Shown piece after piece: positions 1 through 15,100 of a stretch of DNA of 64,000 nucleotides. The notes under the pieces were generated by a model, which did no database searches, had not been told where the DNA came from, and saw only the letters and a program-made list of their open reading frames with translations. Origin of the DNA: Eledone cirrhosa (lineage: Eukaryota); the NCBI GenBank assembly GCA_964016885.1, contig OZ024742.1, positions 368,342,001 through 368,406,000 on the forward strand, read 5' to 3'. The stretch's first letter is position 1. Each line of letters opens with the position of its first letter. Both the position numbers and the translations under genes were made by a program.

Positions 1-3000
1 AGGGAAACATGTAGAGTTCTTGTCAATAGACACAACACCATATCTACCAGTGGGTCAATAGCTAGAGGCCTTGTCAATAGAGACAACACCATATCTACCA
101 CAGGGTCAACATGTAGAGGTCTTGTCAATAGAAACAACACCATATCTACCACAGGGTCAACATCTAGAGGCCTTGTCAATAGGGACAACACCTTATCTAC
201 CACAGGGTCAACATCTAGAGGTCTTGTCAATAGACACAACACTATCTCTACCACAGGGTCAACATTTAGAGGTCTTGTCAATAGACACAACACCATATCT
301 ACCACAGGGTCAACATCTAGAGGCCTTGTCAATAGGGACAACACCTTATCTACCACAGGTCAACATGTAGAGGTCTTGTCAATAGACACAACATCATATC
401 TACCACAGGGTCAATATGTAGAGGTCTTGTCAATAGACACAACACCATATCTACCACAGGGTCAACATGTAGAGGTCTTGTCAATAGACACAACACCATA
501 TCTACCACAGGGTCAACATGTAGAGGTCTTGTCAAAAGACACAACACCATATCTACAACAGAGTCACCATCTAGAGGTCTTGTCAATAGAGACAACACCA
601 TATCTACCACAGGGTCAACATCTAGAGATCTGTTCAATAGACACAACACTATCACTACCACAGGGTCAACATTTAGAGGTCTTGTCAATAGACACAACAC
701 CATATCTACCACAGGGTCAATATGTAGAGGTCTTGGCAATAGACACAACACCATATCTACCACAGGGTCAACATCTAGAGGTCTTGTCAAAAGACACAAC
801 ACCATATCTACCACAGGGTCACCATCTAGAGATCTTGTCAAAAGACACAACACCATATCTTCCACAGGGTCACCATCTCGAGGTCTTGTCAAAAAACACA
901 ACAACATATCTACCACAGGGTCAACATCTAGAGGTCTTGTCAATAGACACAACACTATCTCTACCACAGGGTCCACATCTAGAGCTCTTGTCAATAGACA
1001 CAACACATTCTCTACCACAGGGTCAACATTTAGAGGTCTTGTCAATAGACACAACACCATATCTACCACAGGGTCAATATGTAGAGGTCTTGTCAATAGA
1101 GACAACACCATATCTGGCACAGGGTCAACATCTAGAGGTCTTGTCAATAGACACAACACTATCTCTACCACAGGGTCACCATCTAGAGGTCTTGTCAATA
1201 GACACAACACCATATCTACCACAGGGTCAACATCTAGAGGCCTTGTCAATAGGGACAACACCTTATCTACCACAGGTCAAAATGTAGAGGTCTTGTCAAT
1301 AGACACAACATCATATCTACCATAGGGTCAACGTGTAGAGGTCTTGTCAATAGACACAACACAATATCTACCACAGGGTCAACATATACAGGTCTTGTCA
1401 AAAGATACAACACCATATCTACAACAGGGTCACCATCTAGAGGTCTTGTCAATAGAGACAACACCATATCTACCACAGGGTCACCATCTAGAGGTCTTGT
1501 CAATAGACACAACACCATATCTACCAGTGGATCAATAGCTAGAGGCCTTGTCAATAGAGACAATACCATATCTACCAAAGGGTCAACATGTAGAATTCTT
1601 GTCAATAGAAAAAAAAACCATATCTACCACAGGGTCAACATCTAGAGGTCTTGTCAATAGACACAACACCATATCTACCACAGGGTCAACATCTAGAGGC
1701 CTTGTCAATAGGGACAACACCTTATCTACCACAGGTCAACATGTAGAGGTCATGTCAATAGACACAACACCATATCTACCACAGGGTCAATATGTAGAGG
1801 TCTTGTCAATAGACACAACACCATATCTACCACAGGGTCAATATCCCGAGTTCTTGTCTATAGACACAACACCATATCTACCACAGGGTCAACATCTAGA
1901 GGTTTTGTCAATAGACACAACACCATATCCACGGGGTCAACATGTAGAGGTCTTGTCCTAATAAACAACACCATATCTACCACAGGGTCAAAATCTAGAG
2001 GTTTTGTCAAAAGACACAACACCATATCTACCACAGGGTCAACATCTAGAGGTCTTGTCAATAGAGACAACACCATATCTACCACAGGGTCAATAGAGAC
2101 AACACCATATCTACCACAGGGTCAACATGTGGAGGTATTGTCAATAGACACAACACCATATCTACCACAGGTCAACATCTAGAGGTCTTGTCAATAGACA
2201 CAACACCATATCTACCACAGGGTCAACATCAAGAAGTCTTGTCAGTAGACACAACACCATATCTACCACAGGGTCACCATCTAGAAGTCTTGTCAATAGA
2301 CACAACACCATATCTACCACAGGGTCAACATCTAGAGGCCTTGTCAATAGGGACAACACCTTATCTACCACAGGTCAACATGTAGAGGTCGTGTCAATAG
2401 ACACAACACCATATCTACCACAGGGTCAATATGTAGAGGTCTTGTAAATAGACACAACACCATATCTACCACAGGGTCAATATCCCGAGTTCTTGTCTAT
2501 AGACACAACACCATATCTACCACAGGCTCAACATCTAGAGGTATTGTCAATAGACACAACACCATATCTACCACAGGTCAACATCTAGAAGTCTTATCAA
2601 TAGACACAACACCATATCTACCAAAGGGTCAACATCTAGAAGTCTTGTTAATAGACAAAACACTATCTCTACCACAGGGTCAACATCTAGAAGTCTTGTC
2701 AATAGACACAACACCATATCTACCACAGGGTCACCATCTAGAGGTCTTGTCAATAGACAAAACACCATATCTTCCACAGCGTCAACATGTGGAGGTATTG
2801 TCAATAGAGACAACACCATATCTACCACAGGGTCAATATGTAGAGGTCTTGTCAATAGAGACAACACCATATCTGCCACAGGGTCAACATGTGGAATTGT
2901 GTCAATAATCAAAACACCATATCTACCACAGGGACAACATGTAGAGGTCTTGTCAATAGAGACAACACCAATTCTACCACAGGGTCACCATCTAGAAGTC

Positions 3001-3150
3001 TTGTCAATAGACACAACACCATATCTACCACAGGGTCAACATCTAGAAGTCTTGTCAATAGACAGAACTCTATCTCTACCACAGGGTCAACATCTAGAGG
3101 TCCTGTCAATAGACACAACACCATATCTACCACAGGGTCACCCTCTAGAT

Positions 3151-6100
3151 GTCTTGTCAAAAGACACAACACCATATCTACCACAGGGTCACCATCTAGA
3201 GGTCTTGTCAAAGAGACAACACCGTATCTACCACAGGGTCAATATGTAGAGCTCTTGTCAATAGACACAACACCATATCCACCACAGGGTCAACATGTAG
3301 ATGTATTTTCAATAGACACAACACCATATCTACCACAGGTCAACATCTAGAAGTCTTGTCAATAGACACAACACCATATCTACCACAAGTCTTAATCTAA
3401 AAAGAGGTTTTGTCAATAGATAAAACACAATATCTATCACAGGGTCAACATATAGAGATCTTGTCAAAAGACACAACACCATGTCTACCACAGGGACACC
3501 GTCTAGAGATCTTGTCAAATGACACAACACCATATCTACCACAAGATCAACATTTAGAGGTCTTGTCAATAGACACAACACCATATCTACCACAGGGTCA
3601 ATATGTAGAGGTCTTGTCAATATAGACAACACCATATCTGGCACAGGGTCAACATGTGGAGGACTTGTCAATAGATACAAAACTATATCTACCACAGGGA
3701 CAACATCTAGAGGCCTTGTCAATAGGGACAACACCTTATCTAACACAGGGAAACATGTAGAGTTCTTGTCAATAGACACAACACCATATCTACCAGTGGG
3801 TCAATAGCTAGAGGCCTTGTCAATAGAGGCAACACCATATCTACCACAGGGTCAACATGTAGAGGTCTTGTCAATAGAAACAACACCATATCTACCACAG
3901 GGTCAACATCTAGAGGCCTTGTCAATAGGGACAACACCTTATCTACCACAGGGTCAACATCTAGAGGTCTTGTCAATAGACACAACACTATCTCTACCAC
4001 AGGGTCAACATCTAGAGGTCTTGTCAATAGACACAACACCATATCTACCACAGGGTCAACATCTAGAGGCCTTGTCAATAGGGACAACACCTTATCTACC
4101 ACAGGTCAACATGTAGAGGTCTTGTCAATAGACACAACATCATATCTACCACAGGGTCAATATGTAGAGGTCTTGTCAATAGACACAACACCATATCTAC
4201 CACAGGGTCAACATGTAGAGGTCTTGTCAATAGACACAACACCATATCTACCACAGGGTCAACATGTAGAGGTCTTGTCAAAAGACACAACACCATATCT
4301 ACAACAGAGTCACCATCTAGAGGTCTTGTCAATAGAGACAACACCATATCTACCACAGGGTCAACATCTAGAGATCTGTTCAATAGACACAACACTATCA
4401 CTACCACAGGGTCAACATTTAGAGGTCTTGTCAATAGACACAACACCATATCTACCACAGGGTCAATATGTAGAGGTCTTGGCAATAGACACAACACCAT
4501 ATCTACCACAGGGTCAACATCTAGAGGTCTTGTCAAAAGACACAACACCATATCTTCCACAGGGTCACCATCTCGAGGTCTTGTCAAAAAACACAACAAC
4601 AAATCTACCACAGGGTCAACATCTAGAGGTCTTGTCAATAGACACAACACTATCTCTACCACAGGGTCCACATCTAGAGCTCTTGTCAATAGACACAACA
4701 CCATATCTACCACAGGGTCAATATGTAGAGGTCTTGTCAATAGAGACAACACCATATCTGGCACAGGGTCAACATGTGGAGGACTTGTCAATAGATACAA
4801 AACTATATCTACCACAGGGACAACATCTAGAGGCCTTGTCAATAGGGACAACACCTTATCTAACACAGGGAAACATGTAGAGTTCTTGTCAATAGACACA
4901 ACACCATATCTACCAGTGGGTCAATAGCTAGAGGCCTTGTCAATAGAGACAACACCATATCTACCACAGGGTCAACATGTAGAGGTCTTGTCAATAGAAA
5001 CAACACCATATCTACCACAGGGTCAACATCTAGAGGTCTAGTCAATAGGGACAACACCATATCTAACACAGGGTCAACATCTAGAGGTCTTGTCAATAGA
5101 CACAACACTATCTCTACCACAGGGTCACCATCTAGAGGTCTTGTCAATAGACACAACACCATATCTACCACAGGGTCAACATCTAGAGGCCTTGTCAATA
5201 GGGACAACACCTTATCTACCACAGGTCAAAATGTAGAGGTCTTGTCAATAGACACAACACAATATCTACCACAGGGTCAACATATACAGGTCTTGTCAAA
5301 AGATACAACACCATATCTACAACAGGGTCACCATCTAGAGGTCTTGTCAATAGAGACAACACCATATCTACCACAGGGTCAATATGTAGAGCTCTTGTCA
5401 ATAGACACAACACCATATCTACCACAGGTCAACATGTAGATGTATTGTCAATAGACACAACACCATATCTACCACAGGTCAACATCTAGAAGTCTTGTCA
5501 ATAGACACAACACCATATCTACCAGTGAATCAATAGCTAGAGGCCTTGTCAATAGAGACAATACCATATCTACCAAAGGGTCAACATCTAGAAGTCTTGT
5601 CAATAGACACAACACCATATCTACCACAGGGTCAACATCTAGAAGTCTTGTCAATAGACACAACACCATATCTACCACAGGGTCAACATCTAGAGGCCTT
5701 GTCAATAGGGACAACACCTTATCTACCACAGGTCAACATGTAGAGGTCATGTCAATAGACACAACACCATATCTACCACAGGGTCAATATGTAGAGGTCT
5801 TGTCAATAGACACAACACCATATCTACCACAGGGTCAATATCCCGAGTTCTTGTCTATAGACACAACACCATATCTACCACAGGGTCAACATCTAGAGGT
5901 TTTGTCAATAGACACAACACCATATCCACGGGGTCAACATGTAGAGGTCTTGTCCTAATAAACAACACCATATCTACCACAGGGTCAAAATCTAGAGGTT
6001 TTGTCAAAAGACACAACACCATATCTACCACAGGGTCAACATCTAGAGGTCTTGTCAATAGAGACAACACCATATCTACCACAGGATCAATAGAGACAAC

Positions 6101-9100
6101 ACCATATCTACCACAGGGTCAACATGTGGAGGTATTGTCAATAGACACAACACCATATCTACCACAGGTCAACATCTAGAGGTCTTGTCAATAGACACAA
6201 CACCATATCTACCACAGGGTCAACATCAAGAAGTCTTGTCAGTAGACACAACACCATATCTACCACAGGGTCACCATCTAGAAGTCTTGTCAATAGACAC
6301 AACACCATATCTACCACAGGCTCAACATCTAGAGGTATTGTCAATAGACACAACACCATATCTACCACAGGTCAACATCTAGAAGTCTTATCAATAGACA
6401 CAACACCATATCTACCACAGGGTCAACATCTAGAAGTCTTGTTAATAGACAGAACACTATCTCTACCACAGGGTCAACATCTAGAGGTCTTGTCAATAGA
6501 CACAACACCATATCTACCACAGGGTCACCATCCAGAGGTCTTGTCAATAGACAAAACACCATATCTTCCACAGCGTCAACATGTGGAGGTATTGTCAATA
6601 GAGACAACACCATATCTACCACAGGGTCAATATGTAGAGGTCTTGTCAATAGAGACAACACCATATCTGCCACAGGGTCAACATGTGGAATTGTGTCAAT
6701 AATCAAAACACCATATCTACCACAGGGACAACATGTAGAGGTCTTGTCAATAGAGACAACACCAATTCTACCACAGGGTCACCATCTAGAAGTCTTGTCA
6801 ATAGACACAACACCATATCTACCACAGGGTCAACATCTAGAAGTCTTGTCAATAGACAGAACTCTATCTCTACCACAGGGTCAACATCTAGAGGTCCTGT
6901 CAATAGACACAACACCATATCTACCACAGGGTCACCCTCTAGATGTCTTGTCAAAAGACACAACACCATATCTACCACAGGGTCACCATCTAGAGGTCTT
7001 GTCAAAGAGACAACACCGTATCTACCACAGGGTCAATATGTAGAGCTCTTGTCACTAGACACAACACCATATCCACCACAGGGTCAACATGTAGATGTAT
7101 TTTCAATAGACACAACACCATATCTACCACAGGTCAACATCTAGAAGTCTTGTCAATAGACACAACACCATATCTACCACAGGTCTTAATCTAAAAAGAG
7201 GTTTTGTCAATAGATAAAACACAATATCTATCACAGGGTCAACATATAGAGATCTTGTCAAAAGACACAACACCATGTCTACCACAGGGACACCATCTAG
7301 AGATCTTGTCAAAAGACACAACACCATATCTACCACAAGATCAATATGTAGAGGTCTTGGCAATAGACACAACACCATATCTACCACAAGGTCAATATTT
7401 AGAGCTCTTGTCAATAGACACAACACCATATCTACCACGGGGTCAACATCTAGATGTCTTGTCAATAGACACAAAACCATATCTACCACAGAGTCAACAT
7501 GTAGAGGTCTTGTCAATAGTCACACACCTTATCTACCACAGGGATAACATGTAGAGGTCTTGTCAAAATACACAACACCATATCTACCACGGGGTCAACA
7601 TCTAGAGATCATTGTCAAAAGACACAACACCATATCTACCACAGGGTCAACATCTAGAGGTCTTGTCAATAGACACAACACAATCTCTACCACAAGGTCA
7701 CCATCTAGAAGTCTTGTCAAAAGACACAACACCATATCTACCACAGGGTCAGCATGTAGAGGTCTTGTCAAAAGACACAACACCATATCTACCACAGGGT
7801 CACCATCTAGAGGTCTTGTCAATAAAGACAACACCATATCTACCACAGGGTCAACATCTAGAGGTCTTGTCAATAGACACAACATCATATCTACCACAGG
7901 GTCAATATGTAGAGGTCTTGTCAATAGACACAACACCATATCTACCACAGGGTCAACATGTAGAGGTCTTGTCAATAGACACAACACCATATCTACCACA
8001 GGGTCAATATGTAGAGGTCTTGTCAAAAGACACAACACCATATCTACCACAGGGTCAACATGTAGAGGTCTTGTCAATAAACACAACACTATCACTACCA
8101 CAGGGTCAACATTTAGAGGTCTTGTCAATAGACACAACACCATATCTACCACAGGGTCAATATGTAGAGGTCTTGGCAATAGACACAACACCATATCTAC
8201 CACAGGTCAAGATCTAGAGGTTTTGTCAATAGACACAACACCATATCTACCACAGGGTCAACATGTATAGCTCTTGGCAATAGACACAACACCATATCTA
8301 CCACAAGGTCAATATTTAGAGCTCTTGTCAATAGACACAACACCATATCTACCACGGGGTCAACATCTAGAGGTCTTGTCTATAGACACAACACCATATC
8401 TACCACAGAGTCAACATGTAGAGGTCTTGTCAATAGACACACACCTTAGCTACCACAGGGATAACATGTAGATGTATTGTCAAAATACACAACACCATAT
8501 CTACCACGGGGTCAACATCTAGAGGTCATTGTCAAAAGACACAACACCATATCTACCACAGGGTCAACATCTAGAGGTCTTGTCAATAGACACAACACAA
8601 TCTCTACCACAAGGTCACCATCTAGAAGTCTTGTCAAAAGACACAACACCATATCTACCACAGGGTCAGCATGTAGAGGTCTTGTCAAAAGACACAACAC
8701 CATATCTACCACAGGGTCACCATCTAGAGGTCTTGTCAATAGAGACAACACCATATCTACCACAGGGTCAACATCTAGAGGTCTTGTCAATAAACACAAC
8801 ATCATATCTACCACAGGGTCAATATGTAGAGGTCTTGTCAATAGACACAACACCATATCTACCACAGGGTCAACATGTAGAGGTCTTGTCAATAGACACA
8901 ACACCATATCTACCACAGGGTCAACATGTAGAGGTCTTGTCAAAAGACACAACACCATATCTACCACAGGGTCAACATGTAGAGGTCTTGTCAATAAACA
9001 CAACACTATCACTACCACAGGGTCAACATTTAGAGGTCTTGTCAATAGACACAACACCATATCTACCAAAGGGTCAATATGTAGAGGTCTTGGCAATAGA

Positions 9101-12100
9101 CACAACACCATATCTACCACAGGTCAAGATCTAGAGGTTTTGTCAATAGACACAACACCATATCTACCACAGGGTCAACATGTATAGCTCTTGGCAATAG
9201 ACACAACACCATATCTACCACAAGGTCAATATTTAGAGCTCTTGTCAATAGACACAACACCATATCTACCACGGGGTCAACATCTAGAGGTCTTGTCAAT
9301 AGACACAACACCATATCTACCACAGAGTCAACATGTAGAGGTCTTGTCAATAGACACACACCTTAGCTACCACAGGGATAACATGTAGATGTATTGTCAA
9401 AATACACAACACCATATCTACCACGGGGTCAACATCTAGAGGTCATTGTCAAAAGACACAACACCATATCTACCACAGGGTCAACATCTAGAGGTCTTGT
9501 CAATAGACACAACACAATCTCTACCACAAGGTCACCATCTAGAAGTCTTGTCAAAAGACACAACACCATATCTACCACAGGGTCAGCATGTAGAGGTCTT
9601 GTCAAAAGACACAACACCATATCTACCACAGGGTCACCATCTAGAGGTCTTGTCAATAGAGACAACACCATATCTACCACAGGGTCAACATCTAGAGGTC
9701 TTGTCAATAAACACAACATCATATCTACCACAGGGTCAATATGTAGAGGTCTTGTCAATAGACACAACACCATATCTACCACAGGGTCAACATGTAGAGG
9801 TCTTGTCAATAGACACAACACCATATCTACCACAGGGTCAACATGTAGAGGTCTTGTCAAAAGACACAACACCATATCTACCACAGAGTCAACATCTAGA
9901 GATCTGTTCAATAGACACAACACTATCACTACCACAGGGTCAACATTTAGAGGTCTTGTCAATAGACACAACACAATATCTACCACAGGGTCAATATGTA
10001 GAGGTCTTGGCAATAGACACAACACCATATCTACCACAGGGTCAACATCTAGAGGTCTTGTCAAAAGACACAACACCATATCTGCCACAGGGTCACCATC
10101 TAGAGATCTTGTCAAAAGACACAACCCCATATCTTCCACAGGGTCACCATCTAGAGGTCTTGTCAAAAAACACAACAACATATCTACCACAGGGTCAACA
10201 TCTGGAGGTCTTGTCAATAGACACAACACATTCTCTACCACAGGGTCAACATTTAGATTTCTTGTCAATAGACACAACACCATATCTACCACAGGGTCAA
10301 TATGTAGAGGTCTTGTCAATAGGGACAACACCTTATCTAACACAGGGAAACATGTAGAGTTCTTGTCAATAGACACAACACCATATCTACCAGTCGGTCA
10401 ATAGCTACAGGCCCTGTCAATAGAGACAACACCATATCTACCACAGGGTCAACATCTAGAGGTCTTGTCAATAGACACAACACCATATCTACCACAGGGT
10501 CAACATTTACAGGTCTTGTCAAAAGACACAACACCATATCTACAACAGGGTCACCATCTAGAGGTCTTGTCAATAGAGACAACACCATATCTACCACAGG
10601 GTCAACATCTAGAGGTCTTGTCAATAGACACAACACCTTATTTACCAAAACGTCAACATGTAGAGGTCCTGTCAATAAACACAACACCATATCTACCACA
10701 GGATCAATATCTAGAGTTCTTGTCAATAGACACAACACCATATCTACCACAACGTCAACATCTAGAGGTTTTGTCAATAGACACAACACCATATCGACCA
10801 CAGGGACAACATGTAGATGTCTTGTCAAAATACACAACACCATATCTACCACAGGCTCAACCTCTAGAGGTGTTGTCAAAAGACACAACACCATATCTAC
10901 CACAGTCTCAACATCTAGAGGTCTTGTCAAAATACACAACACCAGATCTACCACAGGGTCAATATGTAGAGGTCTTGTCAATAGACACAACACCATATCT
11001 ACCACAGGTCAACATGTAGAGGTCTTGTCAATAGACACCACACCATATCCACCACAGGGTCAACATGTAGAGGTCTTGTCAATAAACACAACACCATATC
11101 TACCACAGGGTCAACATCTAGAGGCCTTGTCAATAGGGACAACACCTTATGTACCACAGGTGAACATGTAGAGGTCTTGTCAATAGACACAACACCATAT
11201 CTACCACAGGGTCAATATGTAGAGGTCTTGTCAATAGACACAACACCATATCTGCCACAGGGTCAACATGTAGAGGTCTTGTCAATAGACACAACCCCAC
11301 ATCTACAACAGGGACAACATCTAGAGATCTTGTCAAAAGACACAACATCATATCTTCCACAGGGTCACCATCTAGAGGTCTTGTCAATAGACAAAATACC
11401 ATATCTACCACAGGGTCAACATGTGGAGGTCTTGTCAATAGTCACAACACCATATCTACCACAGGTTCAATATCTAGAGTTCTTGTCAATAGACACAACA
11501 CCATATCTACCACAGGGTCAACATCTAGAGGTTTTGTCAATAGACACAACACCATATCTCCCCCAGGGACAACATGTAGAGGTCTTGTCAAAATACACAA
11601 CACCATATCTACCACAGGGTCAAAATCTAGAGGTCTTGTCAAAAGACACAACACCATATCTACCACAGGCTCAACATCTAGAGGTGTTGTCAAAAGACAC
11701 AACACCATATCTACCACAGGGTCAAAATCTAGAGGTCTTGTCAAAATACACAACACCATGTCTACAACAGGGTCAATATGTAGAGGTCTTGTTAATAGAC
11801 ACAACACCATATCTACCACAGGTCAACATGTAGAGGTCTTGTCAATAGACACCACACCATATCTACCACAGGGTCAACATGTAGAGGTCTTGTCAATAAA
11901 CACAACACCATATCTACCACAGGGTCAACATCTAGAGGTCTTGTCAATAGACACAACACCATATCTGCCACAGGGTCAACATCTAGAGGCCTTGTCAATA
12001 GGGACAACACCTTATGTACCACAGGTCAACATGTAGAGGTCTTGTCAATAGACACAACACCATATCTACCACAGGGTCAATATGTAGAGGTCTTGTCAAT

Positions 12101-15100
12101 AGACACAACACCATATCTGCCACAGGGTCAACATGTAGAGGTCTTGTCAATAGACACAACACCATATCTACCACAGGGACAACATCTAGAGATCATGTCA
12201 AAAGACACAACATCATATCTTCCACAGGGTCACCATCTAGAGGTCTTGTCAAAAAACACAACAACATATCTACCACAAGGTCAACATCTAGAGATCTTGT
12301 CAATAGACACAACACATTCTCTACCACAGGGGCAACATTTAGAGGTCTTCTCAATAGACACAACACCATATCTACCACAGGGTCAAAATGTAGAGGTCTT
12401 GTCAATAGAGACAACACCATATCTAGCACAGGGTCAACATGTGGAGGACTTGTCAATAGATACAACAGCATATCTACCACAGGGACAACATCTAGAGGCC
12501 TTGTCAATAGGGACAACACCTTATCTAACACAGGGAAACATGTAGAGTTCTTGTCAATAGACACATCACCATATCTACCAGTGGGTCAATAGCTAGAGGC
12601 CTTGTCAATAGAGACAACACCATATCTACCACAGGGTCAACATGTAGAGGTCTTGTCAATAGAAACAACACCATATCTACCACAGGGTCAACATCTAGAG
12701 GTCGTGTCAATAGACACAACACCATATCTACCACAGGTCAACATGTAGAGGTCTTGTCAATAGACACCACACCATATCTACCACAGGGTCAACATGTAGA
12801 GGTCTTGTCAATAAACACAACACCATATCTACCACAGGGTCAACATCTAGAGGCCTTGTCAATAGGGACAACACCTTATGTACCACAGGTGAACATGTAG
12901 AGGTCTTGTCAATAGACACAACACCATATCTACCACAGGGTCAACATCTAGAGGTTTTGTCAATAGACACAACACCATATCTACCCCAGGGACAACATGT
13001 AGAGGTCTTGTCAAAATACACAACACCATATCTACCACAGGGTCAAAATCTAGAGGTCTTGTCAAAAGACACAACACCATATCTACCACAGGGTCACCAT
13101 CTAGAGGTCTTGTCAAAAGACACAACACCATATCTACCACAGGGTCACCATCTAGAGGTCTTGTCAAAGAGACAACACCGTATCTACCACAGGGTCAATA
13201 TGTAGAGCTCTTGTCAATAGACACAACACCATATCCACCACAGGGTCAACATGTAGATGTATTTTCAATAGACACAACACCATATCTACCACAGGTCAAC
13301 ATCTAGAAGTCTTGTCAATAGACACAACACCATATCTACCACAAGTCTTAATCTAAAAAGAGGTTTTGTCAATAGATAAAACACAATATCTATCACAGGG
13401 TCAACATATAGAGATCTTGTCAAAAGACACAACACCATGTCTACCACAGGGACACCGTCTAGAGATCTTGTCAAATGACACAACACCATATCTACCACAA
13501 GATCAACATTTAGAGGTCTTGTCAATAGACACAACACCATATCTACCACAGGGTCAATATGTAGAGGTCTTGTCAATATAGACAACACCATATCTGGCAC
13601 AGGGTCAACATGTGGAGGACTTGTCAATAGATACAAAACTATATCTACCACAGGGACAACATCTAGAGGCCTTGTCAATAGGGACAACACCTTATCTAAC
13701 ACAGGGAAACATGTAGAGTTCTTGTCAATAGACACAACACCATATCTACCAGTGGGTCAATAGCTAGAGGCCTTGTCAATAGAGGCAACACCATATCTAC
13801 CACAGGGTCAACATGTAGAGGTCTTGTCAATAGAAACAACACCATATCTACCACAGGGTCAACATCTAGAGGCCTTGTCAATAGGGACAACACCTTATCT
13901 ACCACAGGGTCAACATCTAGAGGTCTTGTCAATAGACACAACACTATCTCTACCACAGGGTCAACATCTAGAGGTCTTGTCAATAGACACAACACCATAT
14001 CTACCACAGGGTCAACATCTAGAGGCCTTGTCAATAGGGACAACACCTTATCTACCACAGGTCAACATGTAGAGGTCTTGTCAATAGACACAACATCATA
14101 TCTACCACAGGGTCAATATGTAGAGGTCTTGTCAATAGACACAACACCATATCTACCACAGGGTCAACATGTAGAGGTCTTGTCAATAGACACAACACCA
14201 TATCTACCACAGGGTCAACATGTAGAGGTCTTGTCAAAAGACACAACACCATATCTACAACAGAGTCACCATCTAGAGGTCTTGTCAATAGAGACAACAC
14301 CATATCTACCACAGGGTCAACATCTAGAGATCTGTTCAATAGACACAACACTATCACTACCACAGGGTCAACATTTAGAGGTCTTGTCAATAGACACAAC
14401 ACCATATCTACCACAGGGTCAATATGTAGAGGTCTTGGCAATAGACACAACACCATATCTACCACAGGGTCAACATCTAGAGGTCTTGTCAAAAGACACA
14501 ACACCATATCTTCCACAGGGTCACCATCTCGAGGTCTTGTCAAAAAACACAACAACAAATCTACCACAGGGTCAACATCTAGAGGTCTTGTCAATAGACA
14601 CAACACTATCTCTACCACAGGGTCCACATCTAGAGCTCTTGTCAATAGACACAACACCATATCTACCACAGGGTCAATATGTAGAGGTCTTGTCAATAGA
14701 GACAACACCATATCTGGCACAGGGTCAACATGTGGAGGACTTGTCAATAGATACAAAACTATATCTACCACAGGGACAACATCTAGAGGCCTTGTCAATA
14801 GGGACAACACCTTATCTAACACAGGGAAACATGTAGAGTTCTTGTCAATAGACACAACACCATATCTACCAGTGGGTCAATAGCTAGAGGCCTTGTCAAT
14901 AGAGACAACACCATATCTACCACAGGGTCAACATGTAGAGGTCTTGTCAATAGAAACAACACCATATCTACCACAGGGTCAACATCTAGAGGTCTAGTCA
15001 ATAGGGACAACACCATATCTAACACAGGGTCAACATCTAGAGGTCTTGTCAATAGACACAACACTATCTCTACCACAGGGTCACCATCTAGAGGTCTTGT

